Shown: positions 10,749-21,670 of the stretch, one piece after another
Numbering within the stretch: the stretch's first letter is position 1
Layout of the letters: each line of letters starts with the position of its first letter
Origin: Fonticula-like sp. SCN 57-25
Lineage: Eukaryota
Assembly: GCA_001724245.1 (NCBI GenBank)
Contig: MEDX01000015.1
Location: 1-64,000, forward strand
Direction of reading: 5' to 3'
Length of the DNA stretch: 64,000 bases
Notes under the pieces: model-generated
The model's database searches: none
What the model was told of the DNA's origin: nothing
What the model saw: only the letters and a program-made list of their open reading frames with translations
Made by a program: the position numbers and the translations under genes

Positions 10749-11022
10749 CAACGTTTCATCTGTCTGTGATATACTTTTGTGTACATATGTATTAATAGAA
10801 TTTCCAGTAATGCCCCAACACTTTTTCATATTGCCGAATGACCTTTACAAGTAGCAGCCATCGAAAGTGTCGCATGACAGTCCTTTCGAGTATGTTTTCC
10901 CAGGAGCATCGAAGTGAGCCTTGCACGTTCTCTATGATGATTGGTTGGTTGGCTGAAACCCTATTATTTGATTGGTCCGTTTGCGCGGAAGGTTCTCGTG
11001 ACCGCTGGACCCCTCCGTCGTC

Positions 11023-11988
11023 ATGAACTATCGGACGGCGATTGTGCTGGCCGTCCTGGCGGGGACCGCCATTTGCGCGCCCGTGTTGCTGAACTCTCGC
11101 TCTAATGCGCGCCTTGCTGAGCGCGTGGTGATGATTGGCATTGATGGCCTGACCTTTGATCCTGTTTGCCTCTCCCCGGGCACGATGCCCAACGTCGAGT
11201 CCCTTATCGCCTCTGGCTCGTTCACCCGGTTCGCCAAGGCCACGACCGACGCCGTTAGCGGCGCCGGCTGGTCGTCCTTCCTTTGTGGCATGCCGCCGCT
11301 CCTGACCGGCATCCAGGGCAACTTTTGGACTCCGCCGTGGCTCGGTGGCGAGCCGCCGATCACGCCCATCACTGGCAATGGCCCGATTCCGTGCTCCCTG
11401 GACGAGGCCAAGCGCCAGGCGCCCGAGCTCCGCGTCAACGCCTACTTTGACTGGGGCTTTTTGGAGTACCTCATTGATGACGCGGTCGTGGACAAGAGGT
11501 TCTACTGCGACGGCCACGAGAACGGCTACGACCCGTGCGACATGCTGATCGCCGACGAGGTGGTCGGCGATCTCTCGAGCGTGTCCGCGATGCCCGACCT
11601 CACCTTTGTGTACTTTGGTTCGCTTGACGAGATGGGCGGCCACCGCGCGTCGTGGTGCAGCGAGGAGTACATTTCGTACGCCGCCAAGGTTGACGGCTAT
11701 GTCGGCCGGATCGTCGCCACTCTCGAGGACACTGGCGTGCGCAACACGACCGCCATCATCCTTTCGGCCGACCACGGCGGCTCCTTTGGCACGAGGCACC
11801 ACGGCATGGCGCGCGACGACAACATCAACATCCCCTTTGTTGTCAGCGGGCCGTCGATCAAGGTCAACCATGTCATCAGCGAGACGCCCATCGAGGTCAC
11901 CGACGTGGCCGCCACGGCGCTCGCCATCCTCGGACTCGAGTCCAACAAGTGGTGGCGCGGCATCTTCCCCGAGGAAATCCTCGCCTAG
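11023..11988 (+). CDS. Secreted alkaline-phosphatase-superfamily enzyme (type I phosphodiesterase/NPP-like)
   Basis: Signal peptide; IGIDGL, VSGAGWSSFLCG, LDEMGGH, SADHGG and DVAAT metal-site motifs; intronless. Confidence 0.85.
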   Translation: MNYRTAIVLAVLAGTAICAPVLLNSRSNARLAERVVMIGIDGLTFDPVCLSPGTMPNVESLIASGSFTRFAKATTDAVSGAGWSSFLCGMPPLLTGIQGNFWTPPWLGGEPPITPITGNGPIPCSLDEAKRQAPELRVNAYFDWGFLEYLIDDAVVDKRFYCDGHENGYDPCDMLIADEVVGDLSSVSAMPDLTFVYFGSLDEMGGHRASWCSEEYISYAAKVDGYVGRIVATLEDTGVRNTTAIILSADHGGSFGTRHHGMARDDNINIPFVVSGPSIKVNHVISETPIEVTDVAATALAILGLESNKWWRGIFPEEILA

Positions 11989-12243
11989 GCTTAACTCTTT
12001 GTCTCTTTAATTAGTGTACTCGGCCTTGCGCCATATAAAGTTGTTTGAAATTGCACTTGAGCGCGTCAGTTAGGGGAAATACCCAAAAAAAAACGATGCA
12101 AAATTGTGCCAATGCTTTTGTATTAAATTGTCAGTATGGAATTTAGCCAAAGTAAAAGAAAAGTAGTAAGGGGGTAACACAACATTATAAAGACTGTGTT
12201 GGTGAGTGCGCAACGAAAAACACACAAAAGATAGGTAGGGGGA

Positions 12244-12927
12244 TTAGGCCGACGCGGGCTGCGCAAAGTTTGGCGAGCCAAACACGTTGGGGTCAATCTT
12301 GGCGGGCTGGAGCATCTGCTGCGCCTGCATCTGCATCTTCTGCTCATCTTCGTACGACGCGAGCATGTTGTCGCGCTCAATCTCGATGCCGAGGGGCAGC
12401 ATGACGAGAATCGCGGTCGTGGCAAGGATCCACGCGAGGCGGCCAACAAGCTTGGTAACACCCGTGCCCTTGGCGACAACCTGGTCCACCTTGCGGCTCA
12501 GCGTACGCCGGCGTCCAACGGGTACAATATCGCGGAGAGCAATAATCCGATCAAGGATCGACTCGTTGGCAACGGCCTCCTCCTCGGCCTCCTCATCGAT
12601 AATCTGCGCCTCGCCCTCCTCCTCCTCCTCCTCCTCGGCGTCCTCAATCTCCTGAATCATAGAGTCAAGGTCAACCTCAAAAGTCACGCGCGTCGTCTTT
12701 GTCTCCTCAATCGTGATCTCGGCCGTGGTGACGACCTCGACGTCGCCATCCTCTTCCTCGCCCTCCTCCTCATCAACGTCCTCATAGTCGCCCTCATCGT
12801 TAACCTCTACCTCCTCGCCATCGTCATTGATAACGGTCACCTTGCCTACCGAGGTATCGGCCTCGCTCTGCTCCTCGACGACCTCGTTCGGCCGCTCCTC
12901 CACCACCTGCTGCTGATCGGCTTCCAT
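12244..12927 (-). CDS. TOM22: Mitochondrial import receptor Tom22 with long acidic N-terminus
   Basis: ESILDRIIALRDIVP followed by the TM segment AWILATTAILVMLPLGIEIERD. Confidence 0.85.
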   Translation of the reverse strand: MEADQQQVVEERPNEVVEEQSEADTSVGKVTVINDDGEEVEVNDEGDYEDVDEEEGEEEDGDVEVVTTAEITIEETKTTRVTFEVDLDSMIQEIEDAEEEEEEEGEAQIIDEEAEEEAVANESILDRIIALRDIVPVGRRRTLSRKVDQVVAKGTGVTKLVGRLAWILATTAILVMLPLGIEIERDNMLASYEDEQKMQMQAQQMLQPAKIDPNVFGSPNFAQPASA

Positions 12928-13002
12928 GACCCGCACCCTTTTCCTCGTGGCAACGGTGACCAAGGATTCAAGTCCTTTTTTTTCTTGTCTGACCCGAGAT
13001 TC

Positions 13003-13074
13003 GCCCGTATAGCTCAGCGGTAGAGCGTCAGTCTTGTAAACTGAAGGTCTGTGGTTCAATCCCGCATGTGGGCA
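13003..13074 (+). tRNA. tRNA-Thr (anticodon UGU), intronless
   Basis: Acceptor stem GCCCGTA/TGTGGGC, D-arm AGCTCAGCGGTAGAGC, anticodon arm TCAGT-CT-TGT-AA-ACTGA, T-loop GTTCAATC. Confidence 0.93.
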
Positions 13075-13076
13075 AA

Positions 13077-13083
13077 TTTTTTT
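13077..13083 (+). terminator. RNA polymerase III terminator (oligo-T)
   Basis: T7 run immediately 3' of the tRNA. Confidence 0.7.
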
Positions 13084-13297
13084 GATTTTCTGGTCATTTT
13101 GGGCACCTGAATCCGCCCCTGAACATTCAAAAAAAGCGCGGGACCGACGTGGGGTGTCAAACCGGAAGCCAGCGGATCGCGCCGCTCGCTCGTACTTTTT
13201 TGCCTCTACTTGTTGCTGTACCAGTGCCCGCCTTGCGCCTTTTCCGTCTTCTTGCGAGTGCCGCAGTTGGTTCTGCAACGACCGGCTGGTCGCTTTC

Positions 13298-16200
13298 ATG
13301 TCGCCAAGGCGAAAGGCCCCGGGTCGAGTGGCGGCAGCGCCACCGCCTCGGCCGGACCTGTCAAGGACGCTTGTCTGCGTCAGTGGGCTCTCGCGCTCCG
13401 AAAAGGACCGCATTTACGCCTCCGTAGAGAAGCTTGGAGGCCGCTGGGACTCTATGCTGACCGAGCAGACGACGCTGCTGATCAGCAATGGAACGCCATC
13501 GAGCAAATCGTCCGCCGCAGTGCGGCTGGGCATCCCGGTAGTGTTCCCGGCGTGGATGACCGCGCTTGAAGCGGCTGTTGCCGCATCGGCCCATTGCGAC
13601 TTGCAGACTCTGGTGGAGTCGCACCGTGTCCCTGCCCTCTTTGGCTGTGTTGTGGCGGTCGTCGCGCCGAGCCAGGTCGACGAGGATGCGGCGCTTGAGC
13701 GGACGATATCGGAGAATGGCGGCCGCGTGTCGCGCTCCGTGGACGCGCAGACGACGCATGTTGTCGTAGCTGTGCGCGACCGCGCGGCGCGCTCCACCGC
13801 TGCGGTGCAGGCGGCGCAGCGGCGACAGATCCCCGTAGTCACGGACGCCTGGGTGCACCAGTGCATCGCCCAGCGCGGCCGTGTAGACGAATCCCCTTTT
13901 ACCTTTGGCGATACGCCTTGGCTCGGCACGGCGGCGCCGCTCACGGCCGAAGAGACGACGGACGGGTCAGAGCTGCAGGAGGCGCCCGCCGCGGTGGCAT
14001 CGCGGTGGCAGCGTGCCGCTCCCAGCCCGCTACAGGAGCGCCTCGCGCGGCTCCAAAAGGTGTCGGCGACCGCGCTGCAGGGCGTGGCCGTGGTGCTCGG
14101 CGACGGACTTCCGACCGACACGCTTCGAATGCTCAAGCAATTGCTAAACACGGGCGGGGCCACGCGGCTTAATAGCCTCGAGCCGCGCGCCACGCACTAC
14201 GCTGTGCTCTCAGAAGCGAGCGTGTCGCCTATAGAGCGCGAGGCGCTCGCCGCCTTCCCAGCCATCCGTGTGGTGCCGTTTGAGTGGCTCGCCGACTCGC
14301 TCGAGGCGGGTCGGCCGGTGGACATTACTGCGCCCGCGCCGCCCGAACCCGCTCAGCTGACGGCGGCCAAGCAGCCGCTTCGTCGCAAAGGCTCTGTTCT
14401 CGCGCTGGCGGCTGATTCGTTCGCGGACGCGCCGTCGCAGATGCTGCTCTTTTCTAATTCGAATGCCGCATCGGCCGCGGTCCCGACCTCACAGCTGCCC
14501 ACGCTGACGACGTCGCAACGGCCGCCGCCTCTGCAGCGGCGGCGCACCGCGGGCATCGAAGTTGAGGTCAACTTTGCCGACTTTTTCAACCCTGCGCGCG
14601 CAAAGCGAAAGCCGTCCGCCGCCTCAATTCCGGCGGACGACGCCGTCGAGGACACTATTGACGCATTTGGGGCGTCCGTTTCTGCGTCGGGGTCAATGTC
14701 GGCGGCGGCGTCTCTGCTTGCCGACGGCCCCAGCAGCAACCTCTTTGAAAACCATACGTTTGATTTTATAGACTTTTCGCCCGAGAATTTGGCTGACGCG
14801 ACGCTGCTGGCGCGCCAATTTGGCGCCAAAGTTGGGAGCGGCGGCCTCAAAGTCGTCCCCTTTTCCAGCGGCGCCTCTGCGCGCGGCGACGTGACCGATT
14901 TATGGTTTGAGGCGTGCGTGCATGAAAAGCGTCTTATCGAGCCGTCAGAGCAGCCACTCCTTTTTCGCCCGCCGCCGTGCGCGCTGCCAATAAGCGCCTT
15001 TCGGAACCTCCGCTTCAGCGTCACTGGGTTTGGCGGCACCGAGCGCCATGTGTGGTCGCGCGTCGTCGCGGGGCTCGGCGCCGTTTTCACCGAAGGCATG
15101 GACCGCACGACGACGCACCTCGTCGCGCGCAAGGAGACGGCCGACCAGCCGCCGTCAAAGAAGCTGCTCAAGGCCGAATCCTTTGGCGTCACTGTCGTCG
15201 AGCCCGATTGGCTCCTCAACTGCGTAGCGGCGGGGGCGCTCGTGCCCGTCAGCGACGAGGTAAACCCGCTGCCCGCGGCACCTCAAAGGGCGTTGCCAAC
15301 ACCGACACCGACATTGCCGACACCAAATGTGGCACTGCCAACACCGACGCCGACTCCGACGCCGCCGCCACAAGTAGCGTCGTTGGCGCCAACCGAAACA
15401 CAGACGACCTCGACGCAGGTGCCCGCGACGCAGGCGGGCTCGGCGTTGCCGCTTGTCGGCGTCGCGCTGGCGGTGAGCGACCGGCTGTCGCACCGCCGCA
15501 GCGACCTGCACCTCGTGGCGACGGCGCTGGGCGCGACGTGCCACCACCGCATCTCGCCGAATTGCACGCACTTTGTGCATGAGGGCCGCATCAAGGAGAC
15601 GTTTAGCGGCCTCCAGCTGGCGCAGCGTGCCAAGGCGCGTGTCGTGCACCCATCGTGGCTCTTTGCCGCGCAGCGCCTGGGAGTGCGGCCCGCCGAAGAG
15701 GCGTACCCTTTCCACCTGAACCCGCAGCGCGCCTTGCCAGAGGACAACTTTGAGCTCGACCTATCATCGTCGCAAAGCGCGTCGCAGGTCCTCTTTCCGC
15801 CCGCTGCCGCTGCCGCTGCATCTGCTTCTGCGTCTACATCAGTTTCTGCTTTGGCTTCTGCGCCAGCAGCGAAAGCGCCGTCATCGGGCGGTGCGTTCAG
15901 GTCGGTCATGTCTGATACTTCCCGCGATGCGCCGTCGCGCGAGATGCTTTCCAAGCTGCTTCCGCCGTCGCCGCCGCCGCCCGTGCTCGAGCCCGAGCCG
16001 GCGCTTGACGACGAGGAGCTGCTGCTGGACCGCAAGCTGAACGCCGCGCTCAAGCGCCGCCGCGTCACGACCTCTGCTGCAATGACGGCGGCGGCCGCAG
16101 CCATGTCGGCGCCGTCGGCCGCGGCCGCGTCGTCGGCGGACGAGGACACGCAGGACGCTGACGAGGTCGGGTACGCTGACACGGACGGTAAGCGCCGCCG

Positions 16201-17184
16201 CGCGCGCCTCCTTCGGCGCCTCACGAGCGGGAGCAAGGACTCGAATTCTGCATCTGCTGCCGCCCCGACCGGCCGCGCCGCCAGCCAGGGCGCCTCGGCG
16301 AGCCAAGGGTCACAGGCGGCGACGGGCGCGGGACCCGACCCGCAAGAGGCGCACTTTATGCTCACGTCCATGTCGGTGAGCACCAAGGACGCCATGAAGA
16401 CTGGTACGCGGCATCGTTTTTTCTGTTTGCCTTGCTTACACCCGCTGCAGCGATCCAAGAGCTCAAGGGACGCGTGAACAATGAGGCGACCTTTTCGGGC
16501 GCGTGCACGCATCTGATTGTCGGTCAGCCGACGCGGAGCGAAAAGTTTCTTGCGAGCATGGCGGCAGGCAAGTGGATTCTCAAGACAGAGTACATTTTGG
16601 AGAGCCGCGCGGCGGGCAGTTTCCTCGAAGAGACGCCCTTTGAGTGGGCCGAAGGCGCGCGCACCGGCGCGTCGTTCAAGGACGACACGGAGCGCGACCT
16701 GGCGCTCGCCGCGCGCCGGTGGCGCATCGCCATCGCCGACCCGCACGCGACGGCCATCGCCGGCGGCGCGTTCACTGGCTGGCGCGTCGTGCTCGTGTGC
16801 GAGCAGCAGAAAAAGGACGGCTTTATGCGCCTGCTCGAGGCGGGCGGCGCGCAGGTGCTGCTCGCGAGCACGCCGGCCAACCTCGCGTCTCTTCGCATCG
16901 CGCCGCTAAAGGAGGGCGCAATCACGCACGCGTTCGTCGGCGTCACGCTTACGGCCGACGTGCACGCGGTTCTCAGGCGAATCGTCCCGAGAAAGGTGCC
17001 CCTTTTGAGCCACGAGTACATTGCCGACTACCTCATCAGGGACCCGACGCCGCAGCCCAATGCGTCGTACATCATTCGCGAGGACGATGGGAGCGAGCAG
17101 GCGACCATGGTCGATGACGAAGCAACGCTCAAGAGGAGGAGCTCGAGGAGAGCGCAGTCGGGCTCAAAGAAATCACGGAATTGA
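13298..17184 (+). CDS. TOPBP1: Multi-BRCT checkpoint scaffold TopBP1 (intron 16404-16450)
   Basis: About 8 BRCT-like repeats (THVVV/THLV...W motifs). The C-terminal pair carries CTHLIVGQPTRSEKFLASMAAGKWIL and FTGWRVVL. Confidence 0.85.
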
Positions 17185-17202
17185 TTGTGTGCATTATCTT
17201 TT

Positions 17203-17241
17203 TGGTACATTAATAAACGCATTTTTGACGCAAATTTGACA
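17203..17241 (+). repeat. Imperfect direct repeat, copy 1 (copy 2 at 18422-18460)
   Basis: tggtacattaataaacgcatttttgacgcaaatttgaca versus tgatacattaataaacgcactcttagcgcaaaattgaca; 33/39 identical by manual alignment. Confidence 0.8.
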
Positions 17242-17357
17242 TATTTCCAAGACAATTTATGGCGGGATTAGAATGCATCAGATTATCCCACGTGGATGGC
17301 CAAATGCAGCTGCAACAATGCTGACAGGATGCTGACAGAATCAACAATCAGTCAACA

Positions 17358-18362
17358 ATGTCCGCCTCGGCGGCGGTACTGGTCAACAAGGGCGTCAATG
17401 ACGGCTTTTTGCGTGCTTGGGTAGAGTTTGACAGGACAAAGACGCTGCTGCCGACCTGCGAGACTATCAATTTCTCTGACAATTACATCACTGCCGACGG
17501 TTTGGAGGCCTTGGTTGACGCGCTGGTAAAATTGGGCGGTGCAAAGAACCTGCGCGAGCTCAACGTCTCCGGGAACCGAATTGGCGCCAATGAACGTCTT
17601 TTCAGCCCTTCTGGGGCATTTCGCAAGCTGCTGGACGAGAAACTGTTTCCATTGCTAAAGTCAATCGTCATTTTCCTCAATCCCTGCACGATGTACGGCG
17701 CGAAACGCTTCCTCAAGAACGCGCAGTGGTTCTGGGAGTCTTCAAAAGTGGTCTTTCTCGAGGCCGAATCTGTTGTGGAGCGCACGTGGATGGACCTCAT
17801 TGGGATTCCCATGGACGACGACAGTCTGGTGGCCAGCATGGCGCTCGCGCAGCGTGTTGTCGACAACCACCTTTCGCACTATATGCACCAGACGAGATTG
17901 CAACTGGACGAGGTATTAGGCCTAAACGAGTCTATCAGGCCGATTATACCAAGGTGTGAGGTGTGGTCTGCGCGACTATCGCTATCGCAAAAGTATATCC
18001 ATGACGCCTTGAGACAATGCACATCAAATGGCAATGGAGTCAGTGTTCCCACAAGACTGATTATGGAAGTTGGCTGCTGTCTATTTATGCATCAATGGAC
18101 AAGACGTGACTCGCGATACTGGCTATCAAAGCTAAAGTCAAACGAGGTCGCGAGTAGACTCGTAGAGTATGTGGGCTATGACTATGACATTGATGATGCA
18201 GACTCGTTAGAGATGGACGCATTCGCTCGGCAACCGAGCGATACTCCAGTGAACCTTGGCGGTCATGAAAGCACTCTTTCTGCTCTTTCCGAGCCGGCTG
18301 CCCTCCGATTCGCCATCAAGGTGCTCCAAAAGGAACTCGACCGTATCAGCGAGGGACATTAA
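17358..18362 (+). CDS. Orphan protein with N-terminal RNI-like leucine-rich repeats
   Basis: INFSDNYITADGLEALVDAL and LRELNVSGNRIG; intronless; visibly lower GC than its neighbours. Confidence 0.65.
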   Translation: MSASAAVLVNKGVNDGFLRAWVEFDRTKTLLPTCETINFSDNYITADGLEALVDALVKLGGAKNLRELNVSGNRIGANERLFSPSGAFRKLLDEKLFPLLKSIVIFLNPCTMYGAKRFLKNAQWFWESSKVVFLEAESVVERTWMDLIGIPMDDDSLVASMALAQRVVDNHLSHYMHQTRLQLDEVLGLNESIRPIIPRCEVWSARLSLSQKYIHDALRQCTSNGNGVSVPTRLIMEVGCCLFMHQWTRRDSRYWLSKLKSNEVASRLVEYVGYDYDIDDADSLEMDAFARQPSDTPVNLGGHESTLSALSEPAALRFAIKVLQKELDRISEGH

Positions 18363-18421
18363 AGGCACCACTAATGCCGTTCCTTTACTTTAAAAACTTT
18401 TTTATTGTGTGTTTTTTCTAT

Positions 18422-18460
18422 TGATACATTAATAAACGCACTCTTAGCGCAAAATTGACA
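18422..18460 (+). repeat. Imperfect direct repeat, copy 2
   Basis: Matches 17203-17241 and contains AATAAA. Confidence 0.8.
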
Positions 18461-18678
18461 CTTTTATGTTGCATTGTGCGACAAATTTACATGGCAAAAG
18501 TGTCAGCGACCATCAACCAACAATGACGTCATCATGCAAACAATTTGCACCACCGAGTTTGCCCTTGTCGTGCGGGCATCGACGCAGTTGCGACCGTCAT
18601 CTGATTCGCCGCGGCCATTTCCCTCGGATCTCGTCCATCTTCATTCCCTTCACGCGCCTGTGTGTGTTTATTTGAGTG

Positions 18679-19330
18679 ATGGAGAATCGCATCAACAAGG
18701 AGCTGCTCGCCATGGCGCGAGAACCGACGGAAGGGGTGAGCGTTGAGCCTATCGGCAGCGACAAGTGTACGCGCGCCCCTGACCTGCTGCTCTTTGCGCT
18801 TCATTGTGTTTTCTTGTGTATCTATGTATTGACGCTACTTTTCGTTAGCGAAACTTGTCGGTCGCATTGATGGCCCCACTGGGACGCCGTACGAAGGCGG
18901 TGTTTTCCTTGTGGATTTCGACATCCCTCGCGAGTACCCTATCCTTCCGCTCAAGGCCAAGTTCCGCACGCGCGTGTATCATCCCAACATCAGCAGCCAG
19001 ACGGGCGCGATCTGCCTCGACATTTTGAAGGACGAGTGGTCGCCCGTGCTGTCGATGAAGACGGTGCTTCTTTCGCTGCAGGCGCTGCTCTCGGCCCCCG
19101 AGGTGTCGAGCCCGCTCGATGCCGTCGTCGCCTCGCACTACACCAAGGATCTCGCCTCGTTCAAGGAGACCGCCCGCGAGTGGACCAGGATGTACGCAAA
19201 GGACGAGAACGCGAGCAAGATCGCGGAGCTTTGCGAGCTCGGCTTTGATATGGCCGCCGTCAAAAAGGCGCTCGCGGACGCCAACGGAGACAAGAACGCG
19301 GCCGTAGAGATCCTCCTCGGCGACGCCTAG
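18679..19330 (+). CDS. UBE2K: Ubiquitin-conjugating enzyme E2-25K/Ubc1 with C-terminal UBA (intron 18767-18848)
   Basis: GPTGTPYEGG, HPNISSQTGAICLDILKDEWSP and UBA segment ELCELGF...AVEILL. Confidence 0.93.
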
Positions 19331-19556
19331 CGCGCCCCAACACGTTGCCTAAACGCGCTTTGCCGTATTTTTTTGTTCCTTTTTCGCTTTAGTCTGCCCG
19401 CCCTTTCATGACCATGTATTATTTTGATTTTCATATGCCATCAAATTCTTATTCAAATACTTTACAACCTATATTACAAAAAGCGTCATTTTGAGCCTCT
19501 GAGCGTAGTAAGCGCCAATTCAAGCGCCATTAAAAAAGTGCCATTCTAGAGGGTAT

Positions 19557-20789
19557 TTACAGTGGTTCTTCATTCGAACTGTCTTTTTCGCCCTTGCCGA
19601 GCAGCGTATTGAGGTTCACGTGCGCGACAGTCCCGCTGACACTTACAGGCGCCTCGAGCTCCACCCAGCGCGTGATTGTCCTCGCCGCGCGTCCACTGGC
19701 GTTGGCAAACGGCGCGTGTGCGAGAAGGATGTGCGGCACCGAGTGGTCCGACCACGGCCAGTCGCTGCACCCGACGACGCGCGCGACGACAGTGCGCCTG
19801 CCCTCCCCCACGGCGTCGACGGTGAGGCCGCGCGCGTCGCCGACACTGCCGCGCGCCGCGTGGAGCCGCGAGATGGCGAGGACGAGCTCGTGGTCGGACG
19901 GCCGCGCCCACCCCGGCGGCGCGTACGTTTCTGCGAGCGCGCGGACGGCGGCAAGCGACGCGTCGTCGAGCCTCAGAATGGTCCGCTCAACGCGCGGCGA
20001 AAGTGTGTATTTTGACGGGCTCATGCTCATGAGGAGCTCAAAGAGGCGCATCTCGGCGTCGGCGCTGAGGTGCGAGCTGCCGCCGACCACGTTGAACACG
20101 TTGTAGCTGAGGAGGCGGCCGCGCCTTTTGTGCTCCTGTAGCTCCTTGGTGATCTCGGCGGCGAGGTACGACTGGTCCTCCCAAATGTTGACCCGCGTGA
20201 GCTGCGGGTGCGCGTTGAGCAGATCGCGCAATGCGGCAAGCTTGTGAGCCGACGTCTTGAGCGACGTGTTGGTCTTGTATACGTACTCGTGAAAGGAGAG
20301 CGAGCCGCCATCAAGCAGCTCGCGCACGCGGGGGGCGGCAAGCATCCCGCGGCCAGTCAGGAGAACAGTACGGCCGCCGGTGCGCCACGAGGATCGCGCG
20401 GCCTCGACGACCGATGAGTTGAACATTGAAGGGTCGCCGGGGGCGATCCCAAACGAATCGCCAAGGCTGTACGGATGCTCGAACCAGCCGAGCCCGCCGC
20501 GCTCGCGCGACCGCATAAGCAAGTCCTGTGCGTCGCTCGCCCAAAAGAGAGGCTGCGGGACAGGCGAGCGGAACAAAGTACCATCAAAGTCAAAGATGTT
20601 GAGCTCGCTGCGGCTCGAGTGAAAGCGAACATCAGAACGACCAACCATCACTGTCGAACCGCGGTCCGTGCATGGGCGAACTGACAGCGGGCCAAGGCAA
20701 TCTTCAGACGCGTCTACTACAAAGGCGTTTACCCAGCGGCCGCTTACGCGCGCCTGGCAGCGATGCCCTTTTGTCCACACCACGCTCAT
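19557..20789 (-). CDS. Swiss-Army-Knife-type HAD phosphatase with C-terminal 2H phosphoesterase-like domain
   Basis: IFDFDGTLFRSPVP...W, VLLTGR and IWED motifs; C-terminal DHELVL and PHILLA followed by ITRWVEL. Confidence 0.7.
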   Translation of the reverse strand: MSVVWTKGHRCQARVSGRWVNAFVVDASEDCLGPLSVRPCTDRGSTVMVGRSDVRFHSSRSELNIFDFDGTLFRSPVPQPLFWASDAQDLLMRSRERGGLGWFEHPYSLGDSFGIAPGDPSMFNSSVVEAARSSWRTGGRTVLLTGRGMLAAPRVRELLDGGSLSFHEYVYKTNTSLKTSAHKLAALRDLLNAHPQLTRVNIWEDQSYLAAEITKELQEHKRRGRLLSYNVFNVVGGSSHLSADAEMRLFELLMSMSPSKYTLSPRVERTILRLDDASLAAVRALAETYAPPGWARPSDHELVLAISRLHAARGSVGDARGLTVDAVGEGRRTVVARVVGCSDWPWSDHSVPHILLAHAPFANASGRAARTITRWVELEAPVSVSGTVAHVNLNTLLGKGEKDSSNEEPL

Positions 20790-21045
20790 CGTCGCGACCG
20801 AAAGGATGACACACCAAATGATAATCGCGCGCCAGAGCCACAGCGAAATATATTACGCAATAGGAATACTTTGGCCAAGCGGCAAGCATGGGCAAAGGAC
20901 CAGCGGTACTGCCAAAGCTTTATCTCGCTGAAATGTTGGAGATGCGCGTGTGTACAGTGTCGTGCAGCGGTGCACCCCGCATAAATAAACACGCGATCGA
21001 GAATCTGAAACTGTTTATTCTCGAGTGCCGATGTACAATTGATCT

Positions 21046-21422
21046 CTAAACCTTGACGTTGCCGACAACCGGATACCGGGCGGAAAAGAACTTGACCCAG
21101 TCGTCCAGAACCTTGAGCTGCTTCTCGGTGAGCTCCGAGTAGTCGCTGACGCAATCCTCCAGCTTGAGCGAGCTGGATCCGAGTGCCTACATTGCAGACC
21201 ACTCTGCATCAGCTTCACGTAACGACAGAAAAGTAATAGCCAAGGTAAAAGACGCACCTTCGAGGCATCCTTGCCAGCAAAGACGTGGTAGCTGCCCCCA
21301 GGGCCGTACACCTCGCGCTTCGCGCTCACATCGTAGATGACGCCCTTGATGGCAACATACGTCGGCACGGACGCATCCGAGCCGTCGTGCCGGGCCAGCT
21401 CTGCTGGTGTCAACTCAAGCAT
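21046..21422 (-). CDS. Cytochrome b5-like heme/steroid-binding protein (MAPR family; intron 21187-21257)
   Basis: ELARHDGSD...YVAIKGVIYDVS...YGPGGSYHVFAGKDASK|ALG...LDDWVKFFSARYPVVG. Confidence 0.9.
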
Positions 21423-21670
21423 GTCTGCGTCCAATGTGCACGTTAGACCTCTACAAAAAGCGTGCCCGCCGCCTCGCGCCCTGCTGTGTACGTACCGATG
21501 TCCCACCGCCCCACAAGATGTGACGTGATCCAACTCTTGGGTAGAATCAGGGGCAGAATCAGGTGTCATCCGCGCAGTCACGCGTCCGACCTGCGACGCG
21601 CCAGATCTAGCCGCATCTCGGTGCTTTCCTGAGCGCCCCGTGAGCGAACGTTTGAGCGCACCTTGTAGCA

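Noticed and set aside
12928-13413. N-terminal extension of the 389-aa Tom22 ORF
   Set aside because: Runs antisense through the tRNA and the TOPBP1 start; not coding-like.
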